Shown piece by piece: positions 47,304 to 61,203 of a DNA stretch of 64,000 nt. The notes below the pieces were generated by a model that was not told where the DNA came from, did no database searches, and worked only from the letters and a program-made list of their open reading frames with translations. Source of the stretch: Octopus sinensis. Its lineage: Eukaryota. The first letter of the stretch is position 1, and every line of letters starts with the position of its first letter. The DNA is taken from positions 20,832,001-20,896,000 of the forward strand of contig NC_043009.1 in assembly GCF_006345805.1 (NCBI RefSeq), in the 5' to 3' direction. A program made the translations under genes and the position numbers.

Positions 47304-50300
47304 TTTGCACCTATTTATAGACACTCTCTTTAAACAAAAGTATGAACCAATAATTGAATCTGTAGAAACCTGTAATAAATGATGTTTGTTAGCTGTGTAA
47401 AATGAATGTGGTACTTCAGAATTACAATTTAGACCACCAGTCTTGCTCATTTTAATACATTTCCCTATTTAAATTAATTTTCCCTCTAATAGCATCATAA
47501 AGAAAAACATATTTTATTAAATTTCTCCAAATTCTAGATTCATCATCATCATCATCATTTAACATCTGTTTTCCGTGCTGGCATGGGTTAAACAGTTTGA
47601 CTGGGGTCTGGGAAGCCAGGAGGCTGCGCCAGGCCCTAATCTGATCTGGCAGTGTTAGCTGGATGCCTTTCCTAATGCCAACCACTCTGAGAGAGTAGTG
47701 GGTGCTTTTTACATGTCACTCGTACCGGCCAGAGGAGCTGGCATTGACCATGATCGAATGGTGCTTTTTACGTGCTACCGGCACGGGGGTCACAACTACA
47801 GTTTCCATTTGACTTGATTTTGATATTGCTGTTGATGTACTTGACTGAATAGGTCTCCTCAAGCACAGCAGGTCATCCTACAATCCAAGGTACTTTTGAG
47901 TGGGCTGGTTATACGACACTAGTGTAGAATACAGCTATGGACTCACTTTATTTGCCAGGTCTTCTCAGTCGCAGCATACCTCCAGAGGTCTCAGTCTTTT
48001 GTTATTGCTTCTGTGAGGCCCAACATTTGAAAGTCATGTTTCACCACTTCATCCCATATCTTCCTGGGTCTCCTTTTACTGCAGATTCCTTCCACTGTTT
48101 GGGAGTGGCACTTCTTCACACTGCTCTCCTCGTCCATCTGTAGTACATGACCATACCAACGCAAATGTCTCTCTTGCATGCCACATCCGATGCTTCTTAT
48201 ATCTAACATTTCTTTCGGGGCACTTACACTCTGTTGTTTGTGCACACTGACATTACACATCCAGCGGATCATGCTAGCTCCATTTCTTTCATGCCTACGC
48301 ATGTCTTCAGCAGTCACGGCCCATATTTCACTGCCGAGAAGGATGGCTGTTCGCACACAAGCATCGTACAATCTACCTACCTTTCACTCTGAGCAAGAGG
48401 CCCTTTGTCACCAGTAGGGATAAAAGCTGTCTGAAATTTGCCCAGGCAATTCTTTTTCTATTGGTAACACTCTCTGAGCATCCACCCCCACTACAGGCTT
48501 GATCACCTAGGTAGCAGAAGCTATCAACTACTTCTAGTTTCTCCCCCTGGCATATGATGGAGTCTGTTTTCTGAGCATCTGTGGTATTTATTGCCCCTGT
48601 GCATCTGCTGCACCTCTTACATATCCATAGCTTACACTGGGTACATCTTATGGAGTTTCTACCTACACCTTTTCTACAGATTGAGCAGGTTCATCTACTG
48701 AAGGGGTGTATGATGTGTTCACCTTCCTACTTACTAGAACTTTGGTCTTTGCAACATTGACTCTAAGGCCCTTCGATTCTAAATCTTGCATCCAGACTTG
48801 AAGTTTCTTCTCTAATTCTAGTAGTGATTCTGCTATGAGGGCCAGGTCATCAGCATAGAAGAGCTCCCAGGGGCAACCCGTCTTGAATTCCTCTGTCTTT
48901 GCACCTATTTATAGACACTCTCTTTAAACAAAAGTATGAACCAATAATTGAATCTGTAGAAACCTGTAATAAATGATGTTTGTTAGCTGTGTAAAATGAA
49001 TGTGGTACTTCAGAATTACAATTTAGACCACCAGTCTTGCTCATTTTAATACATTTCCCTATTTAAATTAATTTTCCCTCTAATAGCATCATAAAGAAAA
49101 ACATATTTTATTAAATTTCTCCAAATTCTAGATTCATCATCATCATCATCATTTAACATCTGTTTTCCGTGCTGGCATGGGTTAAACAGTTTGACTGGGG
49201 TCTGGGAAGCCAGGAGGCTGCGCCAGGCCCTAATCTGATCTGGCAGTGTTAGCTGGATGCCTTTCCTAATGCCAACCACTCTGAGAGAGTAGTGGGTGCT
49301 TTTTACATGTCACTCGTACCGGCCAGAGGAGCTGGCATTGACCATGATCGAATGGTGCTTTTTACGTGCTACCGGCACGGGGGTCACAACTACAGTTTCC
49401 ATTTGACTTGATTTTGATATTGCTGTTGATGTACTTGACTGAATAGGTCTCCTCAAGCACAGCAGGTCATCCTACAATCCAAGGTACTTTTGAGTGGGCT
49501 GGTTATACGACACTAGTGTAGAATACAGCTATGGACTCACTTTATTTGCCAGGTCTTCTCAGTCGCAGCATACCTCCAGAGGTCTCAGTCTTTTGTTATT
49601 GCTTCTGTGAGGCCCAACATTTGAAAGTCATGTTTCACCACTTCATCCCATATCTTCCTGGGTCTCCTTTTACTGCAGATTCCTTCCACTGTTTGGGAGT
49701 GGCACTTCTTCACACTGCTCTCCTCGTCCATCTGTAGTACATGACCATACCAACGCAAATGTCTCTCTTGCATGCCACATCCGATGCTTCTTATATCTAA
49801 CATTTCTTTCGGGGCACTTACACTCTGTTGTTTGTGCACACTGACATTACACATCCAGCGGATCATGCTAGCTCCATTTCTTTCATGCCTACGCATGTCT
49901 TCAGCAGTCACGGCCCATATTTCACTGCCGAGAAGGATGGCTGTTCGCACACAAGCATCGTACAATCTACCTACCTTTCACTCTGAGCAAGAGGCCCTTT
50001 GTCACCAGTAGGGATAAAAGCTGTCTGAAATTTGCCCAGGCAATTCTTTTTCTATTGGTAACACTCTCTGAGCATCCACCCCCACTACAGGCTTGATCAC
50101 CTAGGTAGCAGAAGCTATCAACTACTTCTAGTTTCTCCCCCTGGCATATGATGGAGTCTGTTTTCTGAGCATCTGTGGTATTTATTGCCCCTGTGCATCT
50201 GCTGCACCTCTTACATATCCATAGCTTACACTGGGTACATCTTATGGAGTTTCTACCTACACCTTTTCTACAGATTGAGCAGGTTCATCTACTGAAGGGG

Positions 50301-50491
50301 TGTATGATGTGTTCACCTTCCTACTTACTAGAACTTTGGTCTTTGCAACATTGACTCTAAGGCCCTTCGATTCTAAATCTTGCATCCAGACTTGAAGTTT
50401 CTTCTCTAATTCTAGTAGTGATTCTGCTATGAGGGCCAGGTCATCAGCATAGAAGAGCTCCCAGGGGCAACCCGTCTTGAATTCCTCTGTC
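47304..50491. repeat. Head-to-tail tandem duplication, 1594-bp unit x2
   Basis: Units 47304-48897 and 48898-50491; every ORF in the track recurs at offset 1594 with an identical translation. Confidence 0.95.
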
Positions 50492-50872
50492 ATTGCCTGG
50501 AGGACTATGATGAATTAAAAGGGACTTCTACCTGGAATTTTTCTCTGCTCATTTCCAATCCTAACCCTACTAACGACATCTGTGTACAGAGCCTGTACAG
50601 CCCTTATTAACCATTCGTCAATCCCCAGTTTCCACAATGCCCACCAGATAAGAGATTGGGGGACCCTGTCAAAGGCTTTCTCCAAGTCCACAAAGACTAA
50701 ATATAGGGCTTTATCTTTGGCTAGGTATTTCTCCTGCAGTTGCCGTACCAGGAATATAGCATCAAAACCAAACAGCATTTCCTCTAAGCAGGCTCTCTCA
50801 CTAATTATTTGGGCTATGACCCTCTCCATGACCTTCATCACCTAATTCAGCAGTTTGATACCCCTGTTGTTA
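47541..50872 (-). mobile_element. 5'-truncated RTE LINE, 3' part duplicated
   Basis: FVDLEKAFDRVP, LFYADDL, LRWYGHV; continuous 3' UTR to the (GAT)n tail at 47541 and again at 49135. Confidence 0.9.
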
Positions 50873-51145
50873 TTTCTATCAAAAGCATCACCTTTACCCT
50901 TGTAGCAGTTGACTATGGTGCTGCTACACCATTCATTGGGTATGACTCCATCATGCACTACCTGGTTTACAATATGGGTGACTATTTACAAAATTAATTG
51001 AAACAATATATTATAAATATTATAGTCATGGATGAACTAAGTAAAAAAAAAGAAGAGAATTCCATTTAATTTAATAACTATTTTAACTGACATTGTATAT
51101 CTCAAATTTTATTAATGTAATATTGTAACTACTTCTGTTTTGCAG

Positions 51146-51371
51146 GTTTTACCCTCAACCAAACCCAAATTTTATGATTTTGAAGAAAAGTGTATGAACT
51201 AAATATTATTTCAAAGAAATGGAAAGAAAGTTACATCTCTGTTATATGCTGTAACAAGGGGACAAAGTAAAAAAAAAAGCACAAAAAGAAAACCAGTTAT
51301 ATTTTTGTAACAGGAAAATATCTTTTTTTAAGAATTGTTCAGCTTTTTTTTGTTGTTAACTAGAAACGAAA
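51146..51371 (+). other. ZC3H11A: Putative 5' UTR part of the first coding exon
   Basis: Strong acceptor TTCTGTTTTGCAG ending at 51145 upstream of the ATG; no transcript evidence. Confidence 0.5.
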
Positions 51372-51425
51372 ATGGCCCAGTTTGGAGATGATTGCTATTT
51401 CTATTATTATTCATCCTGTGCTAAG
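51372..51425 (+). CDS. ZC3H11A: ZC3H11A-like CCCH protein, coding exon 1 (MAQFGDDCYFYYYSSCAK)
   Basis: Resembles the ZC3H11A N-terminus (MPNQGEDCYFFFYSTCTK, recalled); GTAAG donor, phase 0. Confidence 0.9.
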
Positions 51426-52668
51426 GTAAGAAGATTGGTTTTGATTATATTTTATTTTATATATGATTCTTTCAATGGTTATCTCACTGAAATCTGGAAT
51501 CTCTCTCAGACTTGTTCATTCTTGCAACATTTAGTAGTAACTTCAATACAAAATATCAATGATTTAAAAATTTCTGTTCATTCAAGCATGTAACTGGCTT
51601 GAACCCCAGGTAATTGCTGATTGAAGCAAGTCTATGGTAAAAGATGTTCCAACCATGACCCTCTTTTCAGATCTATGTAGGACTACTTTATCTAATATGT
51701 TCTTTGTGTAAGATTGAAGCTGATTTTACTGCTACTTCTAGCCTATCAAACCTGGATGTTAATGTGTTATAGGTGCATTGTAACTGTAAAATGTGGTACC
51801 TACAAATTTGATGCTCCAATTGTAAGGAATCTGAAGGACTTCAAATTCACACCTACCTTAACATTACTTTTAAAATATCTATGAAAACAAATCTTAAATG
51901 TGATGTTGATGGCAGACCTGTATCTTAAATTATTCAGGTCTTTGCTGATTCTATTGTTTTTAGCACCTTTATACATCACCTTTCTATCAGCACCATTCAT
52001 CCACTCTTAGTTCCTTTTTTCCACTGAAATATTGTGAGATCCTTTCAAAAAATTTATCTTGATTGATGAAATCAGAAATTTTTTTCACAGTTGTTTTTCC
52101 AGAAATCTAGAATCTATTGTTTCACAACTAGTACAAGCCCAAATTATATTTCTCTTACCAAATCTTAGCTTTATTCTATTATTTTCATAAGTTGTTCCAT
52201 TTTGCTTCCTCTCTAATTCCTTCAACTTTGTAGCCATTAATGCTGTTAACTTTCTTTCACATCCTGATTAATAAACCCAGAGATGAATTCAGGTGACCTT
52301 CGGAAAGGTTAACTGCAGCCTCCAGAAACAAGTAGAATGTTTGAGGCGAAATCGTTACATTAGAATATATTGGTTTTGATAATAATGTTTTCTTTATTTA
52401 GATAATAATAATAATAATAATAATAATCTTGAATTATTATATCTAACCAGCAGATTTGACCCATTTCTAACAAATGTAAATTGGATATTTCTGTTCCCAG
52501 TTTAAATTGTAGTTATCCTAGTATTTTGGATCTTAAAAATCTTATTGCCATGTCTATTGTGCTACTTGATTATAGTGAATATTGTTCAAATGGTAAATGA
52601 GAATGTGGATTACATCCCATTTTGAAATAATTAAAAGTTGTGAGTGTTTTAATTTCTAATTTTATCAG

Positions 52669-52788
52669 GGTGATAATTGCACCTATAGACATTGTCCTGA
52701 AGCCCTTGGGAACGAGGTAATATGTACCAATTGGCGAAAAGGAAACTGTTATCGAAACGGATGCATGTTTCGACATATGGACATAAAA
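52669..52788 (+). CDS. ZC3H11A: Coding exon 2 (GDNCTYRHCPEALGNEVICTNWRKGNCYRNGCMFRHMDIK)
   Basis: AG/GTAAG boundaries, 120 nt; completes CCCH finger 1 and holds finger 2. Confidence 0.92.
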
Positions 52789-53771
52789 GTAAGTTTCTGA
52801 GAATTTCTCTCATAAAGTCTAAACTAACAATTTAATTTCATTAAAGAGTTTATTATTTATTTGATATATTTTGAGTTGATTATGAAGGATTTAATTCTGC
52901 ATTGATGTTGCGGTAATGATAAAATAATTTCAACTTGTCACTGCTTCAAAAACATTTCTTTCTTGATTTGTCAAATTTCATCTTCTCATAAAATGTGTGT
53001 GTGTGTGTGTGTGCATGTTTATCTTTGTGTTTCTTCAGATAAACACTTCTTGAGTTGTACTTTTCCATGTCCCCCATAACCAAAATTACAGCAGCCCAGT
53101 CAATTGACTTGTAAAGATGTTGGCATCAGGAACAGCATTTCGAGAAGAACTTCCTCAAAAACTATTTGCCTGCATGAAGAAAGCAGATGTAAAGCTATAG
53201 CCCCAGGTTGACCAAAGGCTTTGAATGGATTTGGTAGACAGAAACTGAAAAAGCTTTTGTGTGTGTGTGAGAGAGAGAGACTCTGTCTCTTTGCCTCCAT
53301 TCCCAGCTTAGAAACAAGTGGGGGTAGGCAACAGGAAGGGTATCCAACTGTAGAAAACCCACCTTAACAAGATTCTGTCCACTCATGCAAACATGTAAAA
53401 GTTTATATAAAAATGATTGTCGTTTAATGTCCACTTTCCCATGCTTGCATGGGTCAGACGAAATTTGTTGAAGCAGATTTACTATGGCTGTCACCAACCA
53501 TCCCGTTTCCAAGGAAAATAATAATATGCCGTGGCCAGACGTTTTTCTTGGAAGATTGGAAATGAATAATGTTGATTGTATGAGATTTGCTTACCACCAT
53601 TACATGATATCGAGACAAGGGCACACACACACCACACACAACAGGTTTATTTCAGTTTCCATTCTACCAAATCCACTCATACTTAGACATAGAAACAAAT
53701 CAGATCTTATAGTCGACAGAAATAATGACTGGTGTATGTGCACACACATACATAGACACAATATATAGAAT

Positions 53772-54015
53772 TCATCATCATTGTTTAGCATTCGATTTCT
53801 ATACTGGCACAAGTTGGTCAGTTTGGCTGGAACTGGTAAACCAGAGAGCTGCACCAGGCTCCATTTGTTTGTTTTGGGCTTGGTTTCTATGACTGGATAC
53901 CCTTCCTAATGCCAACCACTCCACAAAGTGTACTGGGTACCATTTACGTGTCACTGGCATGGGAGCCGTTTACGTGTTACTGGCACAGGTGCCTCTTATG
54001 TGTCACCGACACGGG
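53772..54015 (-). mobile_element. Decayed RTE 3' end in intron
   Basis: CATCATCAT tail and CCCTTCCTAATGCCAACCACTCC motif. Confidence 0.55.
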
Positions 54016-54279
54016 TGCCTTTTATCTCTCTCACTCACACACAAAGATTTTTATCTTTGTGTGTGTGTGTGTGTGAGAGAGAGAGACTGGTACATTTTTT
54101 TACTGTTTACATTGTTTTCTTGCTTTTTTGGTTTAGTGCATTTAAAACTATTTAAAAATCAGTAAGCTTAATTTTATTTCAAGTTTCATAACTTGAATAT
54201 ATAAAATCTGTGTATGAAATTGGTGGCAGTTGTTAGTTTCCTCTCTGAGAGGATTAATTTGACACCAAATTCTTTATAG

Positions 54280-54423
<144 letters not shown>

Positions 54424-54908
54424 TAATTAACTTATTTGTTTAACTGCTTTAATAGAAAGGTAAATGGTGAAAAATATGTCACAATCTGATAGGAAATATT
54501 TCCAAGAATATTTTATTTTAAATCTTCGACTTTTTCATGGTTATATCTGTAATTAAACTTCACAGCCCATGTTTTTAATTGTTTTCAAAGATATTTTAAC
54601 CAACCTCTGTTTATTTTTCTTCTGTATTCTATGCTGGCACTGAAAATGGTATAAAATTGCTTTTATATTCTTTGAAGATAAATATCTGTTTTGTAGTTGG
54701 CTTCATGAAATTTTCCACTTCATTATTTGAATTTCTAATAATTATGTTTTTCAAATGACATTTACAAAGTAATTCTGCTATGGTGAGAGTATTTTAGAAT
54801 ATTTTGAAATCACAAAACTCAGAATGTAACACTGATTCCAGATTTAAGTCTAGCTGTCTGTCTGAACTGTATTGATCTTCTGTTGTCCAATTCCTTTTCT
54901 TCTTGTAG

Positions 54909-55022
54909 CACCATCAGACAAAAAAGACATCGTCAAAAGCATTCTGAAAACAAATTCACCAGAACCAGCAGAGAAAATAGTTCCTCAAAAGGTTGAACCT
55001 GTTGTTGTAAATCCACTTGAAG
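54909..55022 (+). CDS. ZC3H11A: Coding exon 4 (APSDKKDIVKSILKTNSPEPAEKIVPQKVEPVVVNPLE)
   Basis: Strong polypyrimidine acceptor, GT donor, phase 1-1, open frame. Confidence 0.8.
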
Positions 55023-55291
55023 GTTTGTTTAAAAACCGAATTTTTCTAAATTTAATCTGGTTCCTACAAGATACAGAAGCCCTTTGTGGGTGTGTATTTG
55101 TTTGCTTTATGTCTGTATTTTTGTTTCCCATGCTAACATTTGCTCGATAAATACATGTTATTGGGACCTATCTCTGACCCGTTTTTCAAAGAAGGGAGTT
55201 TTCATGCCACCTGTTTTTGAAAGTGCAGAGTTAGTGGATGATTTGTTGAGTGAGAATGTCAACAAACATTGCCATTTGTAGCTCTCCCCCC

Positions 55292-55327
<36 letters not shown>

Positions 55328-56782
55328 GTCTGTACAGTTTCTGTCTATCAAATCCAGTAACAAGGCATTGGTCAGCCCAGGTTATAACAGAAGACTCTTG
55401 CTTAAGCTGCGGTGTAGTGGGACTGAACATGAAACTCTGTGGTTGACTGAGGTGCATTGAAGTAGATTTTCTATGGCCAGATGCTCTCCTGTTGCCCACC
55501 CTCACCCCTTTCCAGACAAAGTAATATTTCCCCATGGCTGGACATGTTTTTCATAAAGATTAGAAACAAATGACTCCACTTGTATGGTGGTGACAATTAT
55601 GCTGTGTCCAGACAAGTAAGCACACCCATGCACATACAGTAGGCTTTCAGTTTCTGTCTACCAAATCCACTCAAAAGGCTTTGGTCAGCTTAGTGCTATA
55701 AGCAGCAATGTTTCTCCAAGGTTACACACGTGCACAAGAGGGAGAAAAACACCCATGTATATTAAAGTGCATGTAGAGAGTTCTTTGTTGGTTTGTATTA
55801 AGACCCTGAATGTGGCCTGTAACTCTGGTTGTGCCATGAATAAGCCTGGCTCCATTTCTTCATTGAAGAACTTTCTTTCCCTATATTTCCTCAAAACATT
55901 GACTCCTATAAAAGATGCTGATTCCAGCCTCTTTTTGTGGTGCTACTGCAACCCTGCTAAGACAAAGATGTTTGCTCATCTCTTGCTTGGTTTAAATTAA
56001 CCAGTAAGTGTGGGGAAAGAGTTTAGTTATTAATGGTCATCCTATGGGATAGACACAAAATTACTGACAGTTAGACCAAGCTTAATTGATGGAGGTCTTC
56101 CCAGAGTTGTTCAAACTGTTAGAAATAGTATTTGAATCTTCTTCAAATTGCATACTATCCTCTTAAATAAAAAAAAAAGAATTCATTGGACAGTGTTCTT
56201 GCTCAAAAGGTGAGACAGTCTTGCCTGGAACATATTTTCTCAGAATTCAGCTAAATCAGGCTGACATGGGACAAAACAGCTTTTCTTTACTCCATGCCAA
56301 AGTTGTCAAAGACAGTGATGTCCATTTTTAGTTTTTTTTTAACAAAAATGGAAAACTGTACAAAGAAGACCATTTTAAAGAAAAAGAAAATGACAAGTGC
56401 CACCTAATTTATGGTAATAAATTAACTTTTGAAGATTATTTAAAGGAAATAATCAAAAGAAATGGTCAGAACTTGGGAAATATTACAAGTGGTTTCTTTA
56501 TATTTTTAGTTCAGTTCTTTGTAAAACTTTTTTTTGTAAAACAGTTTATGTGGTAATCATCGTCGTCATCATTTAAATCCGTTTTCCATACTGGCATGAG
56601 AACAGAATTGCTACATTTTCACATAAATATCTAAGGTTTACTTTAATCTTGGAAGATTCATAGAATTTTCAAAGGCTTTTGTTAAGAAAAGTTGTATCTT
56701 TAAAAGCGTGAGAAATAGTTGAAATTATATAATTTTTTTTACAGTCTTACAGTGTTTTATAATTTATAAAATCTTTTAATAG

Positions 56783-56887
56783 AATCTGATCAAGAAAGTA
56801 GTCCATTAATTAAGAAAGTCAGCCCTGAAGAAAAACCATTGGAAGAGAAGCAGCGTGTGAATGCTCTGAAAAGACTTGGTCCAAAAT
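56783..56887 (+). CDS. ZC3H11A: Coding exon 5 (ESDQESSPLIKKVSPEEKPLEEKQRVNALKRLGPK)
   Basis: AG/GT boundaries, phase 1-1, purine-rich open island in AT-rich intron. Confidence 0.72.
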
Positions 56888-57110
56888 GTAGGATGTTTTT
56901 TCCTTTTTCATTTTATTCAGTGTATCCATGTTTTATATATTTTAATGAAATGCATTGTTTATAATTTTTACCTGATTTATGGTTTATCATATTACAAATT
57001 GAGCAATTGAAATACTGACTTACATTTAGTCAGATCTGCTTTTAATTATATTTTTACATTTGTCTTATTTTATAATACAATTAAAATATTTTTTATTTTG
57101 TTTTCCCCAG

Positions 57111-57227
57111 TTGAAGAATTGAAAAATCCTAAAACTCTCTGTATTGATCCAAAATTAATTGATCAGTTAAAGAAAGGCAAGAATATCAATAATAATAATA
57201 ATAATAATACGTCACTTAATATAAAAG
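57111..57227 (+). CDS. ZC3H11A: Coding exon 6 (FEELKNPKTLCIDPKLIDQLKKGKNINNNNNNNTSLNIK)
   Basis: TTTTCCCCAG acceptor, GTAAGT donor, phase 1-1; (AAT)7 poly-Asn. Confidence 0.75.
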
Positions 57228-57842
57228 GTAAGTTTGTAATTTTTTTGTTTTGATGTAAAATATTATTGATGTAAAATGTTATTGTCAGCATGGCTGTGTG
57301 TTTCTTTGTCATATGGTACAAGATTCAATCCCATTGCACTACATCTGGGTAAAATGTTTTCTATTTTTTGTATTGGGTTGACTAATATATAGAATTTGCT
57401 ATATTGTGTATGTATATATATAAATGTGAGTGTATGCAGATATGTGTGTTTAGCCCAGAAAGGGTTTGCAATGGTGCATCCTTAAGAAAAACGAATTTTA
57501 TTTTTGAAATCTGTCTCTAAGAGAATGTTGTAGAAAAGAATTTGCCAATGAGGTCTCCTGATGTTTACTTTCACTTTGTACATCAGCTGTGATGTACAAA
57601 TCCTGTTTTCTAATTAGGTTAAAATGATTAACTATTAAACCTCTACCATTTCAAAAAAATATTTCTGGGATTAATGAATCCACAAACTTAGTTTCAGAAG
57701 TACGTTAACCAAATTTGAGAGCAACAGAAAAGATCTTTCTATTTATCTCTTGCATTTTTTGCTTTTCTTGTGGTAAACTTTTCCCCTCTCTATACATATT
57801 ATCACATTCTCTTTCACTTTCCATAAAAGCATATTGTTCACG

Positions 57843-57877
<35 letters not shown>

Positions 57878-58778
57878 GAATTTCGTTAGGATGACAGTGA
57901 TTTTAATAAGGTATGTAAAAGATTAATTCATTTTAATAGCATACTTTTTTGTTAATAAAACGGTTTATTCTTACGCGTGCGCGCACACACGTGTTTGTGT
58001 GTGTGTGAGGACTTGCTTGATGTGGGATGGCAGTTAAAAATCTTTTTTTTTTTACTGTCAAGGTTTCTCCTTTTTTTTTTTTTAAGTGTGTAATACGGGA
58101 CAAATGAATTGGCCAAAATCACTATTGAGTGAGGGGCGGGGTGGGGTGGGGGGTTGAAAAAAATTCATAAATTATAAATTTTACAAAATTAGATTTGGGG
58201 TGGATTCTTAAGTTTACAAAAAAATTTTTTCACACAAAGTTTGTCCCCATCGTTTGCAAGGCTGTGAGATGAAAAAAACATTTGCAAAATCCCTGTCAAA
58301 ATGGAGAAAATTTGACTTATGTGGGTGTGTTATACCAAAAATCTGCCAAGACATTCAATTGTGAAAATTACCCAGCAACAGCAGGATACTCAGCCAGTAG
58401 ATACTTATATATATTATTTTGTGTAAGCGTATGAAGTGGCAAAGATGAAAATCTTAATGTGTACATATAAATTTGACCTGCTCTCCATACAATATGGAAA
58501 TCATTCACTCTAGAATTTTGTCTAGAAGAAAGACTTTTCTTCTTCGACTTTGTTGTGTGTAAAAAACACATTGAGCCAGATCCTAAAACAACGTCTGCAG
58601 ACATCACCAGATATGGTGTTTTAGCATGGTTTTACTTTCTCAGTGGCAGATATCCCATTGATCATTTTGAGAAAGATCACAGATTGTATTACACTATATA
58701 GGAAACAGCAAGCAGCACATTTGCTTGTGTAGACTGAAGTTTGAAATAATTTAGTTTGTGTATCTGTGTGTATGTATA

Positions 58779-58811
<33 letters not shown>

Positions 58812-61172
58812 CATTTTCATCTAGTTTCAGCTCACGAGCTGTGGCCATGCTGGGGTATCGCCATTCGGTGTTGCTACATGATTTTACTTCACAAATGCTT
58901 TTTAGCAATTGACATTTGGTGCATGAGAGAGTTTGATGCAACTGCTTTCATCTGCACCTCCTGCCGTGAAGTTGGTTCATCTGGGACACCTGACAGGAAG
59001 AAGTCCAGCTTTATTTTGAAGACATCTGCATCCACCCCATGCAGGTCTCTCAGGTCCTTTGGGAGGATATTGAAGAGCTGTGGACCTCTGAGGCCCAGGC
59101 TATCGCAGTATCTTGTCCTACATCTTGATGGCAAATTTGGAGTCCTTGGCACTATGCAGTGGCGCCCAGTTCTAGTATTTGTGTAACTCTCGATGCCAAA
59201 GTTTGGGACAAGTCCTTCCAGGATCTTCCAGATATATATTATGGCATATCTTTCTCGCCTACGCTCTAAGGAATAGAGTCTTAATCTCTTGAGTCTTTCC
59301 CAATAGGCTATCTTCTTTGTGTAGCTTCGTTGGATTGCCTCACGTTCTGAGATTAATTTGACACTGGTTAGTGACCATAGCTGAGAGCAATAGACAAAGT
59401 GGCTTAGGACAAGTGTCCTCCAGAGGACCATCATGGTTTCCTGGTCTCTTGTTCTAAAGGCTCTAAGAATCCATCCAGTCAGCCGCCTACATTTCATTGC
59501 CAATTTAGCAACATGCACATGAAAGGTTGCATCATTACTCATGTAAATACCCAGGTCTCACACTGATTGTGCTTCTGGGATTGCAGTCCCTCAAGGTCCA
59601 GTGTATTTATTGGGTATTGCATTTAGTTTTGCATGCTGATAGCATAAAGCTTGAAACTTTTCAACATTGAACTGCATGCTATTCTTTTCAGCCCACTTGT
59701 ATATTTTGTCCAGCTCACATTGCAGGCGTTTAGTGTCTTCAGGGTTCTGTATTACCTGTGAAACATTTGTATCATCTGCATAACTTGTGATCTTGGCTCT
59801 CTGCATGGCTGAGGGCATGTCTAAGAGGGCCATTATGAACAGTAGTGGTCCCAAAACAGTGTCTTGCGGAACACTGCTCACTATGCCAAGATCACGCAGT
59901 TTGTGACATATCATTCCATGATCGACTTTATCAAAGGCCTTTGCAAAGTCGAGATATATCACTTCCACATTTGAGTGGTTGAGCAGTCATTTCGGCACCC
60001 AGTCATAGTGTTGTAAGAGCTGATTTAGGCAGCTTCTTCCTGGTCGTAAACCATGTTGGGTGTCAAGCAGCAAGTCATTTTCTTCAAGGAAGGCGGTTAG
60101 TATCCTTCTGACTATTCGTTCCATGACCTTGCTGATGTGTGAGGTCAGAGAGATAGATCTGTAGTTTTTGGCCTCCGCTCTGCTACCTCTTTTATGAATA
60201 GGGCATATTTACCCTCCTTCAGTTTTCTTGGAAGTTTGCCAGCTGCAAGGAAGCTCTGAAAGAGGAACTGCAGTGGTCTTGCTAGGACTAGCTTACATAC
60301 TTTTAGAAGGATTGCTGGGAATCCATCGGGGCCAGTAGCTGAGTTTGTTTGCATTTCATCTATAGCCTTTATTACATCGTCTTCCTTTATATTGATGTAA
60401 TCAATCATCATTGCCTCTGTTTTTATGTCTGCAGTGGAAAAGAAATCAGTTGGATTGCTGACTTGAAAGTGCCCTAGAGGTGGAGTGAAAATACTTTTGA
60501 ATTGCTCATTTAGTATTTCACATATCCTCATTGGATTTCCTGTGAGTGTACCATCTTTTTCAAGGAGTGGCCCTATCCTACAGTGCACCGAAGCTGTTTC
60601 TTTGGCTAACTTGTAGAAAGCTCTGGGGTTAGATTTTATGTTGTCTATAGCCCAGGCTTCTTTGTCTGCTCTTACTTTTTCATGGGAGAGTTGCAGACAT
60701 TTTTCAATTTCCAGCAGTTTTATTTTCAGACTTTTATTTTCACTGCTTTCAATTTGTTCGTTTAGGCAATTTGAAACTTTTGTATGCCATATCATTAGAA
60801 TTTTCCTCTCCCTGGGTTTTTGTTCTTGCGTACAGTGGCTTTTCTCTCTGGGACACATTTGTAGCATATGGCTTGCATTACAGACATGAATTGTTGAAGT
60901 TTCATGTCGATGTCTGGTGAGGAGAGACATTCAGGCCAGTTTTGTTTGAGGATCTCTTTCTCAATTTGTTTCCAGTTTGCCTTATGGAAGTTCAAGCTGG
61001 AAAGATTCTGAGAGTTTCTTGAAGGCTGCATGTCCGTGCTTTCCTTTGGCCCGTACATGGTCAACACTACCATGTTGTGATCCGAGAGTAGCGTCGGTGT
61101 CACTTTCACATTATGGATGAGATCCATATTATTTGTGAAGCAGAGATACAGTATGTTACCTGCCCTGGTAGG
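58812..61172 (-). mobile_element. CR1-like LINE family B, copy 2 (RT and 3' end), in an intron
   Basis: Aligns with 27037-28870; retains the GPDG, YLDFAKAFDKVDH and YADD core; several frameshifts. Confidence 0.92.

Positions 61173-61203
<31 letters not shown>
61173..61203 (+). repeat. (TATC)n microsatellite at the LINE/LINE junction
   Basis: Directly visible. Confidence 0.9.

Noticed and set aside
37300-51145. ZBED6-like domesticated transposase upstream of the ZC3H11A-like coding exons, as in placental mammals
   Set aside because: No long ORF or BED/hAT motif in this interval.
58070-58400. Degenerate non-autonomous Helitron (3' CCCAGCAACAGCAGG..CCAGTAG)
   Set aside because: The hairpin and CTAG are both corrupted and no 5' end was identified.
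58579-58615. Seventh coding exon (DPKTTSADITRY)
   Set aside because: Weak acceptor without a polypyrimidine tract, weak donor and no recognisable homology.
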